64,000 nucleotides of DNA from an uncultured Anaerolineales bacterium. GTDB taxonomy: Bacteria > Planctomycetota > Phycisphaerae > FEN-1346. A program made the translations under genes and the position numbers. This document shows, piece after piece, positions 9,578 through 17,983 of this stretch. Numbering within the stretch: position 1 is the stretch's first letter; every line of letters starts with the position of its first letter. The notes under the pieces are model-generated. The model was not told the origin of the DNA. It searched no databases and was given only the letters and a program-made list of their open reading frames with translations. The stretch is taken from contig CAZIJC010000001.1 in NCBI GenBank assembly GCA_964539385.1, forward strand, positions 16,860 to 80,859, given 5' to 3'.

Positions 9578-10516
9578 GTGAGTCTGAGGCTCGACATGCT
9601 CCGGGCCGCTGCCAGGGCGCGACGCCTGCGTCCCGGCGCCGCCCGGGGCATCGCCCGTTTCCTCCAATCCTGTGCCATGTCCGACGGCGGGTTTGCCGGC
9701 CGCGGCGCTGCCAGCGACCTCTACTACACCGTCTTCGGGATGCAGGGTCTGGCCGCGCTCGGCCAAGCCCTGCCCTCACCCGCCGTCGAGTCCGCCGTCG
9801 AACCCGCCGCGGAAGCGGCGGGTCACGCCCATCCCGCAACGCTTCACTACCTGCGCCAATTCGCTGACGGCGCGTCACTCGACCTCGTGCATCTGGCCTG
9901 CCTGGCACGGTGCTGGGCCTTGCTGGGCGCCGACGAGCCGGCGCCCGACGTGCGGGCGGCCATCCTTAAACGCCTGGAGGCCTTCCGCTCGCCCGACGGC
10001 GGATACCACGCGACGCCGGGCGCCAACCGCGGCTCGGCCTACGCCGCGTTTCTCGCGCTCGGGGCGTACGAGGACTTCCAGACGCCACTGCCCGAGCCGG
10101 CCGCCCTGGTGCGAGGCGTGCGGGCGCTGCGCACCGACGGCGGCGGATACGCCAACACGCCGGGGATGCCACAGGGCTCAAGCCCCGCGACGGCGGCCGC
10201 CGTTGTCGTCCTCAACGAACTAGGCGAGACGGTCGGGCAAGACGTTATCGGCTGGCTTGCCGCCCAGATGCGCCCGGACGGCGGGTGGACCGCGATGCCC
10301 GCGGCGCCGGTCGCCGACTTGCTCTCGACGGCCACCGCCATCCACGCCCTCGCGGTCGCAGGCGCACCATTGGATGAAGGGAGAATCCCCTGTCTTCAAT
10401 TCGTTGAGAACCTCTGGTCCGGCGAAGGCGGCTTTCGCGGCCACGGCTTCGACGACCGACTCGACTGCGAGTACACCTTCTACGGGCTGCTTGCCCTGGG
10501 CCATCTGGCTGGCTGA
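9578..10516 (+). CDS. Prenyltransferase/squalene-oxidase repeat (alpha/alpha-toroid) protein
   Basis: 312 aa, GTG start 14 nt after the upstream stop. It has five xDGG[FWY] repeats (SDGGFAG, PDGGYHA, TDGGGYAN, PDGGWTA, GEGGFRG) typical of the prenyltransferase beta-subunit/terpene cyclase toroid. Its stop is 2 nt before the next ATG. Confidence 0.6.
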   Translation: MSLRLDMLRAAARARRLRPGAARGIARFLQSCAMSDGGFAGRGAASDLYYTVFGMQGLAALGQALPSPAVESAVEPAAEAAGHAHPATLHYLRQFADGASLDLVHLACLARCWALLGADEPAPDVRAAILKRLEAFRSPDGGYHATPGANRGSAYAAFLALGAYEDFQTPLPEPAALVRGVRALRTDGGGYANTPGMPQGSSPATAAAVVVLNELGETVGQDVIGWLAAQMRPDGGWTAMPAAPVADLLSTATAIHALAVAGAPLDEGRIPCLQFVENLWSGEGGFRGHGFDDRLDCEYTFYGLLALGHLAG

Positions 10517-10518
10517 CC

Positions 10519-12339
10519 ATGCCCATCGACCGACGTCGACTCCGCAAGACCCTCCACACCGCCCGGCACCACCTGCTGGCGCTCCGTACCCGCGAGGGCC
10601 ACTGGGAAGGTCAACTGGCCTCCAGCGCCCTTTCAACCGCCACAGCCGTCTGGGCCCTCCACGTCGTGGCCCAGAAAAAGGTACCAGGTCCCTTTTCGGC
10701 GCTCATTCGACGCGGCCTCGACTGGCTGGCAGACCATCAGAACCACGACGGCGGGTGGGGCGACACGCCACGCTCCAAGAGCAACCTGAGCACCACCATG
10801 CTCGCCTGGGCGGCCCTGGCAGCCTCCGGCGGCGCAGGCGCGCACGCGAAGGCCGCCGCCCGCGCCGAAGCGTACCTGGCGCGCGAAGCCGGCGGTCTCG
10901 AACCCCAGCGCCTGGCTCATGCTGCAGACAGATGCTACGGCAACGACCGGACGTTCTCCGCGCCGATCCTCACCATGTGCGCCCTCGCCGGGCGACTCGG
11001 CAACGGGCGCGAGGCGTGGCGGCACGTCAGACCCCTACCCTTTGAACTGGCCGTGTGCCCGCCCACGTGGTGGAAACGGCTGCGCCTGCCGGTCGTCAGT
11101 TACGCCCTGCCGGCGCTGATCGCCGTCGGCCAGGCGCGGTGCCACTTTCGCCCGCCCGTCTGTCCGCTGACGCGACTGGTGCGGCGCCTGGCGCGGCGGC
11201 CGACGCTGAAGCGGCTGCTCTCGCTTCAACCTGAGAGCGGCGGGTTCCTGGAGGCGACGCCGCTGACGAGTTTCGTCACGATGAGTCTGGCTGCCGTCGG
11301 CCAGGTTCACCACGAGGTCGTGGCCCGCGGTGCGGAGTTCCTCACCCGCTCGGCGCGTGACGACGGCTCCTGGCCCATCGACACGAACCTCGCCACCTGG
11401 GTGACCACGCTCGCGACGTGCGCCCTGGCTGCCGCACCCGACTTTACCACGGTGCTCCGGTCTGAGGATCGCCGGCGGATTCTCGACTGGCTCCTCGGCC
11501 AACAGTACCGCCGCGTCCACCCCTACACGCATGCCGCGCCGGGCGGATGGGCGTGGACCGACCTTTCGGGCGGGGTTCCCGACGCAGACGACACGGCCGG
11601 GGCCCTGCTTGCCCTCAGGCACTTGGCGCCCGACGACCCGCGCGCCCGCGAGGCCGCCCGAATCGGCGTCGCGTGGCTCCTCGACCTTCAGAACCGCGAC
11701 GGCGGCATCCCCACCTTTTGCCGCGGATGGGGCAAACTGCCGTTTGACCGCAGCAGCCCCGACCTCACCGCCCACGCCTTGGCCGCATGGACGGCATGGC
11801 GCGACGACCTGCCGCCCGACCTGGCCCGGCGCGTCCGCGCGGCGGCGGACCGGGCGCTCGCCTATCTGAAGGCGCAGCAGTCGCCGCACGGCGCGTGGGT
11901 GCCTCTCTGGTTCGGCAACCAGGACGCTCCGGGCGAAGCGAACCCCGTGTACGGCACGGCCCGTGTCGTGGCGGCCCTCGAGGCGCTCGAGCGAGACGGC
12001 AACGAGGTCGCCGGCCACATGAGGGCACGCGGGATGGCGTACCTGTTGTCGGCCCAGAACGAAGACGGCGGGTGGGGCGGCGCGGCAGGCGCCGCGTCGT
12101 CCATCGAAGAGACGGCCCTGGCGGTTTACGCGCTGGCTCGGGGGGCGGCTCGGGAGCGGACTCGGGCGGCTACCGAGCGAGGGGCGACGTGGCTCATCGA
12201 ACAGACCCGCGAGGGAACGGCCTTCGCGCCGGCGCCCATCGGACTCTATTTCGCCAAACTCTGGTACTTCGAGCGGCTCTATCCGGCGGTCTTCACGGTG
12301 GCGGCGCTGGAGCGCGTACGGGCGGCGGGTGACTCGTGA
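10519..12339 (+). CDS. Squalene-hopene cyclase family class II terpene cyclase
   Basis: 606 aa. DxDDTA catalytic motif (VPDADDTAGALLAL), QW-type repeats, and blocks aligning to SHC (SPDLTAHALAAW, QSPHGAWVPLWFGN, QNEDGGWGG). It is shorter than canonical SHCs of about 630-680 aa. Confidence 0.75.
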   Translation: MPIDRRRLRKTLHTARHHLLALRTREGHWEGQLASSALSTATAVWALHVVAQKKVPGPFSALIRRGLDWLADHQNHDGGWGDTPRSKSNLSTTMLAWAALAASGGAGAHAKAAARAEAYLAREAGGLEPQRLAHAADRCYGNDRTFSAPILTMCALAGRLGNGREAWRHVRPLPFELAVCPPTWWKRLRLPVVSYALPALIAVGQARCHFRPPVCPLTRLVRRLARRPTLKRLLSLQPESGGFLEATPLTSFVTMSLAAVGQVHHEVVARGAEFLTRSARDDGSWPIDTNLATWVTTLATCALAAAPDFTTVLRSEDRRRILDWLLGQQYRRVHPYTHAAPGGWAWTDLSGGVPDADDTAGALLALRHLAPDDPRAREAARIGVAWLLDLQNRDGGIPTFCRGWGKLPFDRSSPDLTAHALAAWTAWRDDLPPDLARRVRAAADRALAYLKAQQSPHGAWVPLWFGNQDAPGEANPVYGTARVVAALEALERDGNEVAGHMRARGMAYLLSAQNEDGGWGGAAGAASSIEETALAVYALARGAARERTRAATERGATWLIEQTREGTAFAPAPIGLYFAKLWYFERLYPAVFTVAALERVRAAGDS

Positions 12340-12427
12340 CACCGCGGCGCGGCCGGCGCCGATAAGCCCTGTCCGAGCGGCCTGCCGTCCTGATATACTT
12401 GTTGAGGCACCTTTGGAGGTTGGCGCC

Positions 12428-13624
12428 ATGAGACGACACGCCGCGCTTACCGCCTGCGTGGTGCTGGTCGTATGGTCGATGGGCTGCGAGCAGCCGGAGC
12501 CGCCCGCACCTGCGCCGGCATACGGCAAGATGTCACCCGACTGGCCGATGTTTCGCGGCGCCCCCGGCATGAGAAGCGTCGCAGAGGGCAATTTGCCCGA
12601 CGCGCTGACTCTGAAGTGGAAGTTCGAGACACAGGACGCCGTCCGCTCATCCGCTGCCATCGTCGGCGGCCGCGCCTTCGTCGGCTCCGACGACGCTCGC
12701 CTGTACGCCATCGATCTGGCCTCCGGCAAGATGGTCTGGGCCTTCAAGACCGACGACACCGTTGAGGCCTCGCCGCTCGTCCTCGACGGCGTCGTGTACG
12801 TCGGCTCATCCGACGGTTTCCTCTACGCCATCGACGCCGCCAGCGGCACGCTGAACTGGAAATACGAGACGGACGACAAGATCCTGGGCGCGGCCAACTG
12901 GACGACCTCGCCCGACGGCGGCCGCAAGTGGATCCTCGTCGGCGGTTACGACACGCGGCTGCACTGCGTCGAGGCTGCCGACGGCAAAGCCGTCTGGACG
13001 CTCGAGACCGCCAACTTCATCAACGGGGCCGCCGCCGTCTCGGCCGGCAGGACCGTCTTCGGCAGTTGCGACGCCCGGATTCACGTCGTCGGCGTCGCCG
13101 ACGGGGTAGAGATGGCGTCGATCGAGGCGGGTGCGTACATCGCCGGCTCGGCCGCCATGGCCGCCGGCCGCGTCTACGTGGGGCACTACGAAGGCGAACT
13201 CCTGTGCGCCGACCTGGCCACGTCCAAAGTCATCTGGCGGTACGGCGATGGCGAGGCCGCATTTTACTCCTCGCCGGCGGTCGGCGAGCGGACGGTTGTC
13301 ATCGGCGCTCGCGATCAGCGTCTCCATGCGGTGGACCGCGCGAGCGGCAAGCGCCTCTGGAGGTTCGCGACACGCGGCGACGTCGACTCCTCGCCCGTCA
13401 TCTGCGGCGACAAGGTCGTGGTCGGCTCGAACGACGGGCGGATCTACTTGGTGCGATTGGCCGACGGCAGGGAGGTCTGGTCGTTCGAGACGGGCAAACC
13501 CGTGTCGGCCTCGCCGGCGGTAGCGGCCGACCGCGTGGTCGTCGGCGGCGAGGACGGCGTCGTTTACTGCTTCGGACCCAAGAGCACCACGAGCACCGTG
13601 CGCCGAACTCTCCGTGGTTTGTAA
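12428..13624 (+). CDS. PQQ-like beta-propeller repeat lipoprotein (BamB-like family)
   Basis: Tool ORF 12329..13624. Internal start MRRHAALTACVVLVVWSMGC has a lipoprotein-type signal and a GGAGG SD 8 nt upstream. Repeated blocks like GSxDGxLYAxDaasGkxxW. Confidence 0.7.
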   Translation: MRRHAALTACVVLVVWSMGCEQPEPPAPAPAYGKMSPDWPMFRGAPGMRSVAEGNLPDALTLKWKFETQDAVRSSAAIVGGRAFVGSDDARLYAIDLASGKMVWAFKTDDTVEASPLVLDGVVYVGSSDGFLYAIDAASGTLNWKYETDDKILGAANWTTSPDGGRKWILVGGYDTRLHCVEAADGKAVWTLETANFINGAAAVSAGRTVFGSCDARIHVVGVADGVEMASIEAGAYIAGSAAMAAGRVYVGHYEGELLCADLATSKVIWRYGDGEAAFYSSPAVGERTVVIGARDQRLHAVDRASGKRLWRFATRGDVDSSPVICGDKVVVGSNDGRIYLVRLADGREVWSFETGKPVSASPAVAADRVVVGGEDGVVYCFGPKSTTSTVRRTLRGL

Positions 13625-13645
13625 GCAAAGCGCCGGCACACGTCT

Positions 13646-13672
13646 GGTTAGCCGCCGGGCTTGCCCGGCGCG
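13646..13672. repeat. REP-like GC-rich hairpin, copy 2 (identical to 7841-7868)
   Basis: ggttagccgccgggcttgcccggcgcg sits immediately after the stop of the PQQ lipoprotein gene. Confidence 0.6.
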
Positions 13673-13690
13673 TCTGCGATGGAGGTGACC

Positions 13691-14395
13691 ATGGCCGACA
13701 CACCGTCGCTGGTCAAACTCGAACACGTGACCAAGACGTACGAGACGCCCGGCGGCGAGCAGTTGACCGTCCTGGACGATGTCTCGCTGACCGTCGCCGG
13801 CGGTGAATCGCTCGCCGTCGTCGGGCCGTCCGGAAGCGGCAAGAGCACGCTCCTGAACATCATCGGGACACTCGACCGCCCGACGAGCGGCCGCGTGCTG
13901 CTCGACGGCCTGGACCTGTCGCACCTGACCGACGACGACCTGGCCGCCATCCGCAGCGGCCGCATCGGGTTCGTCTTTCAGTTGCATCACCTGCTGCCGC
14001 AGTGCACGGCCCTGGAGAACGTTCTGGTGCCCGCGATGGCCGGGGGCGGCGCGGTGAGCCCGCAGAGGGAGCAGCGCGGGCGGCAGTTGCTCCAGCGCGT
14101 GGGCCTCTCGGACCGTATGGCGTACCGGCCGGGACATCTCTCGGGCGGCGAGCGGCAGCGGGTGGCGGTGGCGCGGGCACTCATCAACGAGCCGACGCTG
14201 CTCCTGGCCGACGAACCCACCGGGTCGCTCGACCGGGCGGCGTCGGAGAACCTGGAGGAGTTGCTCGTGGAACTCAACCGCGAGGAAGGCGTCACGCTCA
14301 TCGTCGTCACGCACGCCGCGGCGCTGGCGGCGCACATGGCGCGGGCGATGGAACTTCGCGACGGCCGCCTCGAACGCCTGGAACAGACGGGATGA
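13691..14395 (+). CDS. ABC transporter ATP-binding protein (LolD/MacB family)
   Basis: Walker A motif GPSGSGKST, signature LSGGERQRVAVARAL, Walker B LLLADEPT. Start ATG 13691 has a GGAGGTGA SD. Confidence 0.85.
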   Translation: MADTPSLVKLEHVTKTYETPGGEQLTVLDDVSLTVAGGESLAVVGPSGSGKSTLLNIIGTLDRPTSGRVLLDGLDLSHLTDDDLAAIRSGRIGFVFQLHHLLPQCTALENVLVPAMAGGGAVSPQREQRGRQLLQRVGLSDRMAYRPGHLSGGERQRVAVARALINEPTLLLADEPTGSLDRAASENLEELLVELNREEGVTLIVVTHAAALAAHMARAMELRDGRLERLEQTG

Positions 14396-14399
14396 GTCC

Positions 14400-14472
14400 C
14401 GCGCGGTGGGCAATCCTGCCCACCGCGCGTGCCGTATCGTAAAGGCGCGGCGGGCAGGATTGCCCGCCGCGC
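14400..14472. repeat. Pair of near-identical 12-13 bp-stem palindromic hairpins in opposite orientation (BIME/REP-like) between the ABC ATPase and permease genes
   Basis: Hairpin 1 is cgcgcggtgggca-atcc-tgcccaccgcgcg (14400-14429). Hairpin 2 is gcgcggcgggca-ggat-tgcccgccgcgc (14445-14472). The loops are reverse complements of each other. Confidence 0.6.
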
Positions 14473-14484
14473 GGGGACTGGGTC

Positions 14485-17400
14485 ATGAACCTTCGGACAC
14501 TGGTGGCGCGGAGCCTGCGGTTCCACTGGCGAAGCCACCTGGGCGTCGTCCTGGGCGCCGCGGTGGCCACGACGGTTCTGGTCGGGGCGCTGGTGGTGGG
14601 CGACTCGGTCCGCTGGAGCCTGCGTCGGATGGCGCTGGCGCGGCTGGGCGAGACGGACCGTGCACTGGTTGCGTCGGAGCGGTTCTTCCGCGCCGCCCTT
14701 GCCGCGCAACTTTCTACTGCGGTTCGCGCCCCGGCGGCCGCCGTGTTGCAGGTGCGCGGCATGGCGGCACGCGAGGACGGGGCGGCCCGAGTCGGCGATG
14801 CCCAGGTGCTCGGCGTCGATGGCGGCTTCTGGGCAATGGGCGACCTGCAGCCGCCGCTCGCCGCCGGCGCAAAAGCCGCCGCCGTCATCAATGAGCGCTG
14901 CGCACGGGCGCTTCGCGTCAGGGCGGGCGACCGGATCTTCGTGCGGTTCGCAAAGCCGACCGCGGTCTCGCTCGACGCGCCCCTTTCGGGCGAGTCCGAG
15001 CGGGCGGAGGGGTTCCATCTGCCGGTGGCATTCGTGGCCCCCGACTCAGGAGTCGGCCGCTTCAGCCTCGCCGCCAACCAGGTGCCGCCCTACAACGTCA
15101 TCGTGCCGCTGGCGTGGCTCCAGGACCAACTCGACCTGGCGGGCAAGGCCAACGTCCTGCTGCTGGGCGCGCCGGCGCCCGGCAAGGGTGGATCGAGCGC
15201 GTCCGGCGCATTGGCCGAGAAGTTCCAACTCGCGGATGCCGAACACGAGGTCCGCTCCGTGCCCGGCCGCAACACGGCGGAACTGCGCACCAGCCGCGTC
15301 TTTCTCGACCCGCCTGTGGTGCGGGCGGCGGCTGAGGCCAACCCTGCCGCCGTCGGCGTCCTGACGTATCTGGTGAACGAACTCCGTGTAGGCGACCGGA
15401 CGACGCCGTACTCGATGGTCACGGCCATCGGTCCGCTAAGCGCCGGCGAAGAGTCGGCCAAAGGCGAATCGGTCGCGGGTCTGCTTCCAGGCAACATGGC
15501 CGACAACGAGATCGTCATTAACACGTGGCTGGCCGACGACTTGGGCGCCAAGGTCGGCGACGAACTTACTCTTGTCTACTTCGTGCCTGGGCCCATGCGG
15601 AAGTTGGAGACGCGGTCGAGCACGTTTCGCATCCGCGCGGTCGTGGCCATCGAAGGCGCGGCCGCCGACCGCACGCTAACGCCTGATTTCCCGGACCTTT
15701 CGGACATCGATAACTGCCGCGACTGGAGGCCAGGCTTCGAACCCGACTACGATAAAATCCGGACGAAGGACGAACAGTATTGGGATGACTACCGCGGCAC
15801 ACCGAAGGCGTTTATCACACTGGCAGCAGGGCAGCGGATGTGGAAGAACCGTTTCGGCGACCTGACGGCGGTACGCTTCCCGGGCATGAGCAAGGCCGAT
15901 GCCGAAGGCGCCATCCTGGGCCGCCTCCGGCCGGCGGCGCTCGGTTTCTTCTTCCAGCCGGTCCGCAAGCAGGCCCTTGCGGCAAGCGGCCAGGCCATGG
16001 ACTTCGGCCAACTGTTCCTGGGCCTGAGTTTTTTCCTCATCATCGCAGCGCTGGTGCTGACGGGCCTCTTGTTCGCTCTCGGCGCCGAGCAGCGGGCCGA
16101 AGAAACGGGCGTGCTGATGGCGGTCGGATTCCCGGCAAAGCGGGTGCGGCGGCTCATGCTGGCCGAGGGCGGGACGCTGACGCTCATTGGCGCCGTCGTC
16201 GGGACGGTCGGCGGCGTCGCGTACACGCGGCTGGTTCTCTGGGGTCTGGCCACGGTGTGGCAGAGCGCCGTCGGGGCGTCGGACATCGTGTACCACGGGT
16301 CGAGCACCACGCTGCTGGTGGGCGGCGGGGCGGGCGTCATCGTGGCTCTGCTCGCGATCTGGCTGACGTTGCGGCGGCAGGCTCGGACCCCGGCTCGCGA
16401 ACTCCTGACGGCGGGTGCGGATGCCCAACGGCGGGTCGGCCTGCCGCCGGGTGTGCGGCCGCTGCTGGGCTTGGGGCTGGCCTTGGCGTGCGCCCTCGGG
16501 GCGGCGATCCTGCTCATCGTCATGGGCTCCGCCAAAGGGCGGGCCCAGGCGGGCGTGTTCTTCGGCGCCGGGGCGCTGCTGCTGGTGGCGGGCCTCGCCC
16601 TGTGCCACGCGGCGCTGGCGCGGATGGCCGCATCGAGCGAGCGGCGGCGCCTGTCGCCCGTCGGCTTGGGCCTGCGGAACGCCACGCGGCGACGTGGCCG
16701 GAGCCTGGCAACCATCTCGCTGGTGGCGTTCGGGGCGTTCCTGGTCGTCGCCATCGGCGCGAACCGGCGGCCGCCGGTTGAAGATGCCGGTATCCGGTCG
16801 TCGGGCACGGGCGGCTTCCGGCTTTGGGGCCAGGCCACGCTGCCCGTCCATCACGATCTGCTGAGCAAGGACGGCCGCACACAATATGCCCTGCCGGACG
16901 ATCTGCCCCAGAAGGTGACCGAGATTGTGCCGATGCGGGTACACGAAGGCGACGACGCCTCGTGCCTGAATCTGAACCGCGTCCAGAGGCCGCGCCTGGT
17001 GGGCGTGCAGCCGGAGATGCTCGCGCATCGCAAGTCATTCACGTTTGCCGAGACGCTCGGGCAACTTGAAAAAGGCGAAAACGCATGGATGCTGCTCGCA
17101 AAGCGCGACCAGCCGGACGTCGTGCCGGCCATCGGCGACGCCGCCACCATCCAGTGGTCGCTCGGCAAGCAGGTCGGCGACGAGATGGCCTACACCGACG
17201 GCCGTGGCCGCGAGTTCCGGCTGCGCCTCGTCGGCGCGCTGGCCGGGTCGATCCTTCAGGGGTCGCTCCTCATCTCGGAGGAGGCGTTTCTGGAGCGGTT
17301 CCCATCCGAGAGCGGCTACCGCATGCTTTTGATTGATACGCCGCCTGAAAACACGAAAGAGGTCTCGGGAATCCTCTCGAAACAACTCGCCGACGTGGGG

Positions 17401-17835
17401 CTTGCCATTACGCCGACGGCCGACCGGCTGGCCGAACTGGCCGCCATGCAGAACACGTACCTGGCCATCTTCCAGACGCTCGGCGCACTGGGCCTGTTGC
17501 TGGGGAGCGTCGGCCTGGGGGTCGTCGTTCTGCGGAACGTTCTGGAACGGCGCGGGGAATTGGCGCTGGCGCGGGCGGTGGGCTTTCGGACACGGTCGCT
17601 CGACTGGCTGGTCCTGGCCGAGCACTGGGGCCTTCTGGCCATGGGCCTCGTCTGTGGCGTCGTGGCAGCCCTGGTCGCCGTGGCGCCGGTGATCTGGTCG
17701 GCAGCAGCGGCGGTGCCGTACCTGTCGCTGTCGGCGACGCTGGCGGCGGTGGCCGGAAGCGGCGTGCTGTGGACGTGGCTCGCCACGCGGTTCGCGCTTC
17801 GCGGCCCGCTGCTGGCAGCGTTGCGGAACGAATAG
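14485..17835 (+). CDS. ABC transporter permease with two FtsX-like domains and large extracytoplasmic domains (MacB-type, 1116 aa)
   Basis: N-terminal TM MNLRTLVARSLRFHWRSHLGVVLGAAV. Two four-helix FtsX-like blocks at about residues 500-650 and in the C-terminal 150 residues. It follows the ATPase gene. Confidence 0.7.
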   Translation: MNLRTLVARSLRFHWRSHLGVVLGAAVATTVLVGALVVGDSVRWSLRRMALARLGETDRALVASERFFRAALAAQLSTAVRAPAAAVLQVRGMAAREDGAARVGDAQVLGVDGGFWAMGDLQPPLAAGAKAAAVINERCARALRVRAGDRIFVRFAKPTAVSLDAPLSGESERAEGFHLPVAFVAPDSGVGRFSLAANQVPPYNVIVPLAWLQDQLDLAGKANVLLLGAPAPGKGGSSASGALAEKFQLADAEHEVRSVPGRNTAELRTSRVFLDPPVVRAAAEANPAAVGVLTYLVNELRVGDRTTPYSMVTAIGPLSAGEESAKGESVAGLLPGNMADNEIVINTWLADDLGAKVGDELTLVYFVPGPMRKLETRSSTFRIRAVVAIEGAAADRTLTPDFPDLSDIDNCRDWRPGFEPDYDKIRTKDEQYWDDYRGTPKAFITLAAGQRMWKNRFGDLTAVRFPGMSKADAEGAILGRLRPAALGFFFQPVRKQALAASGQAMDFGQLFLGLSFFLIIAALVLTGLLFALGAEQRAEETGVLMAVGFPAKRVRRLMLAEGGTLTLIGAVVGTVGGVAYTRLVLWGLATVWQSAVGASDIVYHGSSTTLLVGGGAGVIVALLAIWLTLRRQARTPARELLTAGADAQRRVGLPPGVRPLLGLGLALACALGAAILLIVMGSAKGRAQAGVFFGAGALLLVAGLALCHAALARMAASSERRRLSPVGLGLRNATRRRGRSLATISLVAFGAFLVVAIGANRRPPVEDAGIRSSGTGGFRLWGQATLPVHHDLLSKDGRTQYALPDDLPQKVTEIVPMRVHEGDDASCLNLNRVQRPRLVGVQPEMLAHRKSFTFAETLGQLEKGENAWMLLAKRDQPDVVPAIGDAATIQWSLGKQVGDEMAYTDGRGREFRLRLVGALAGSILQGSLLISEEAFLERFPSESGYRMLLIDTPPENTKEVSGILSKQLADVGLAITPTADRLAELAAMQNTYLAIFQTLGALGLLLGSVGLGVVVLRNVLERRGELALARAVGFRTRSLDWLVLAEHWGLLAMGLVCGVVAALVAVAPVIWSAAAAVPYLSLSATLAAVAGSGVLWTWLATRFALRGPLLAALRNE

Positions 17836-17933
17836 CCGGCCGGCGGGTTCAATCTCCCGGGAAAGCCCGCGCACCGCGCCGCACGGGTTGATTTCGCAGG
17901 GGTCCGGGGGTACGATAGTGCGGAAGCGAGACG

Positions 17934-17971
17934 GGGTCAGGCCCTTCCGAGACGGGGGCTGACCCTTTTTT
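17934..17971 (+). terminator. Rho-independent terminator-like hairpin with T6 tract
   Basis: GGGTCAG-(18 nt loop)-CTGACCC followed directly by TTTTTT. It lies about 100 nt after the permease stop and only 13 nt before the next ATG. Confidence 0.45.
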
Positions 17972-17983
17972 GCGGGGAGCCGT

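Noticed and set aside
17838-17870. tRNA-like T-arm motif (GGGTTCAATCTCCCGG) just after the permease stop
   Set aside because: There is no room for a full cloverleaf and no acceptor-stem complement. It is an isolated resemblance.
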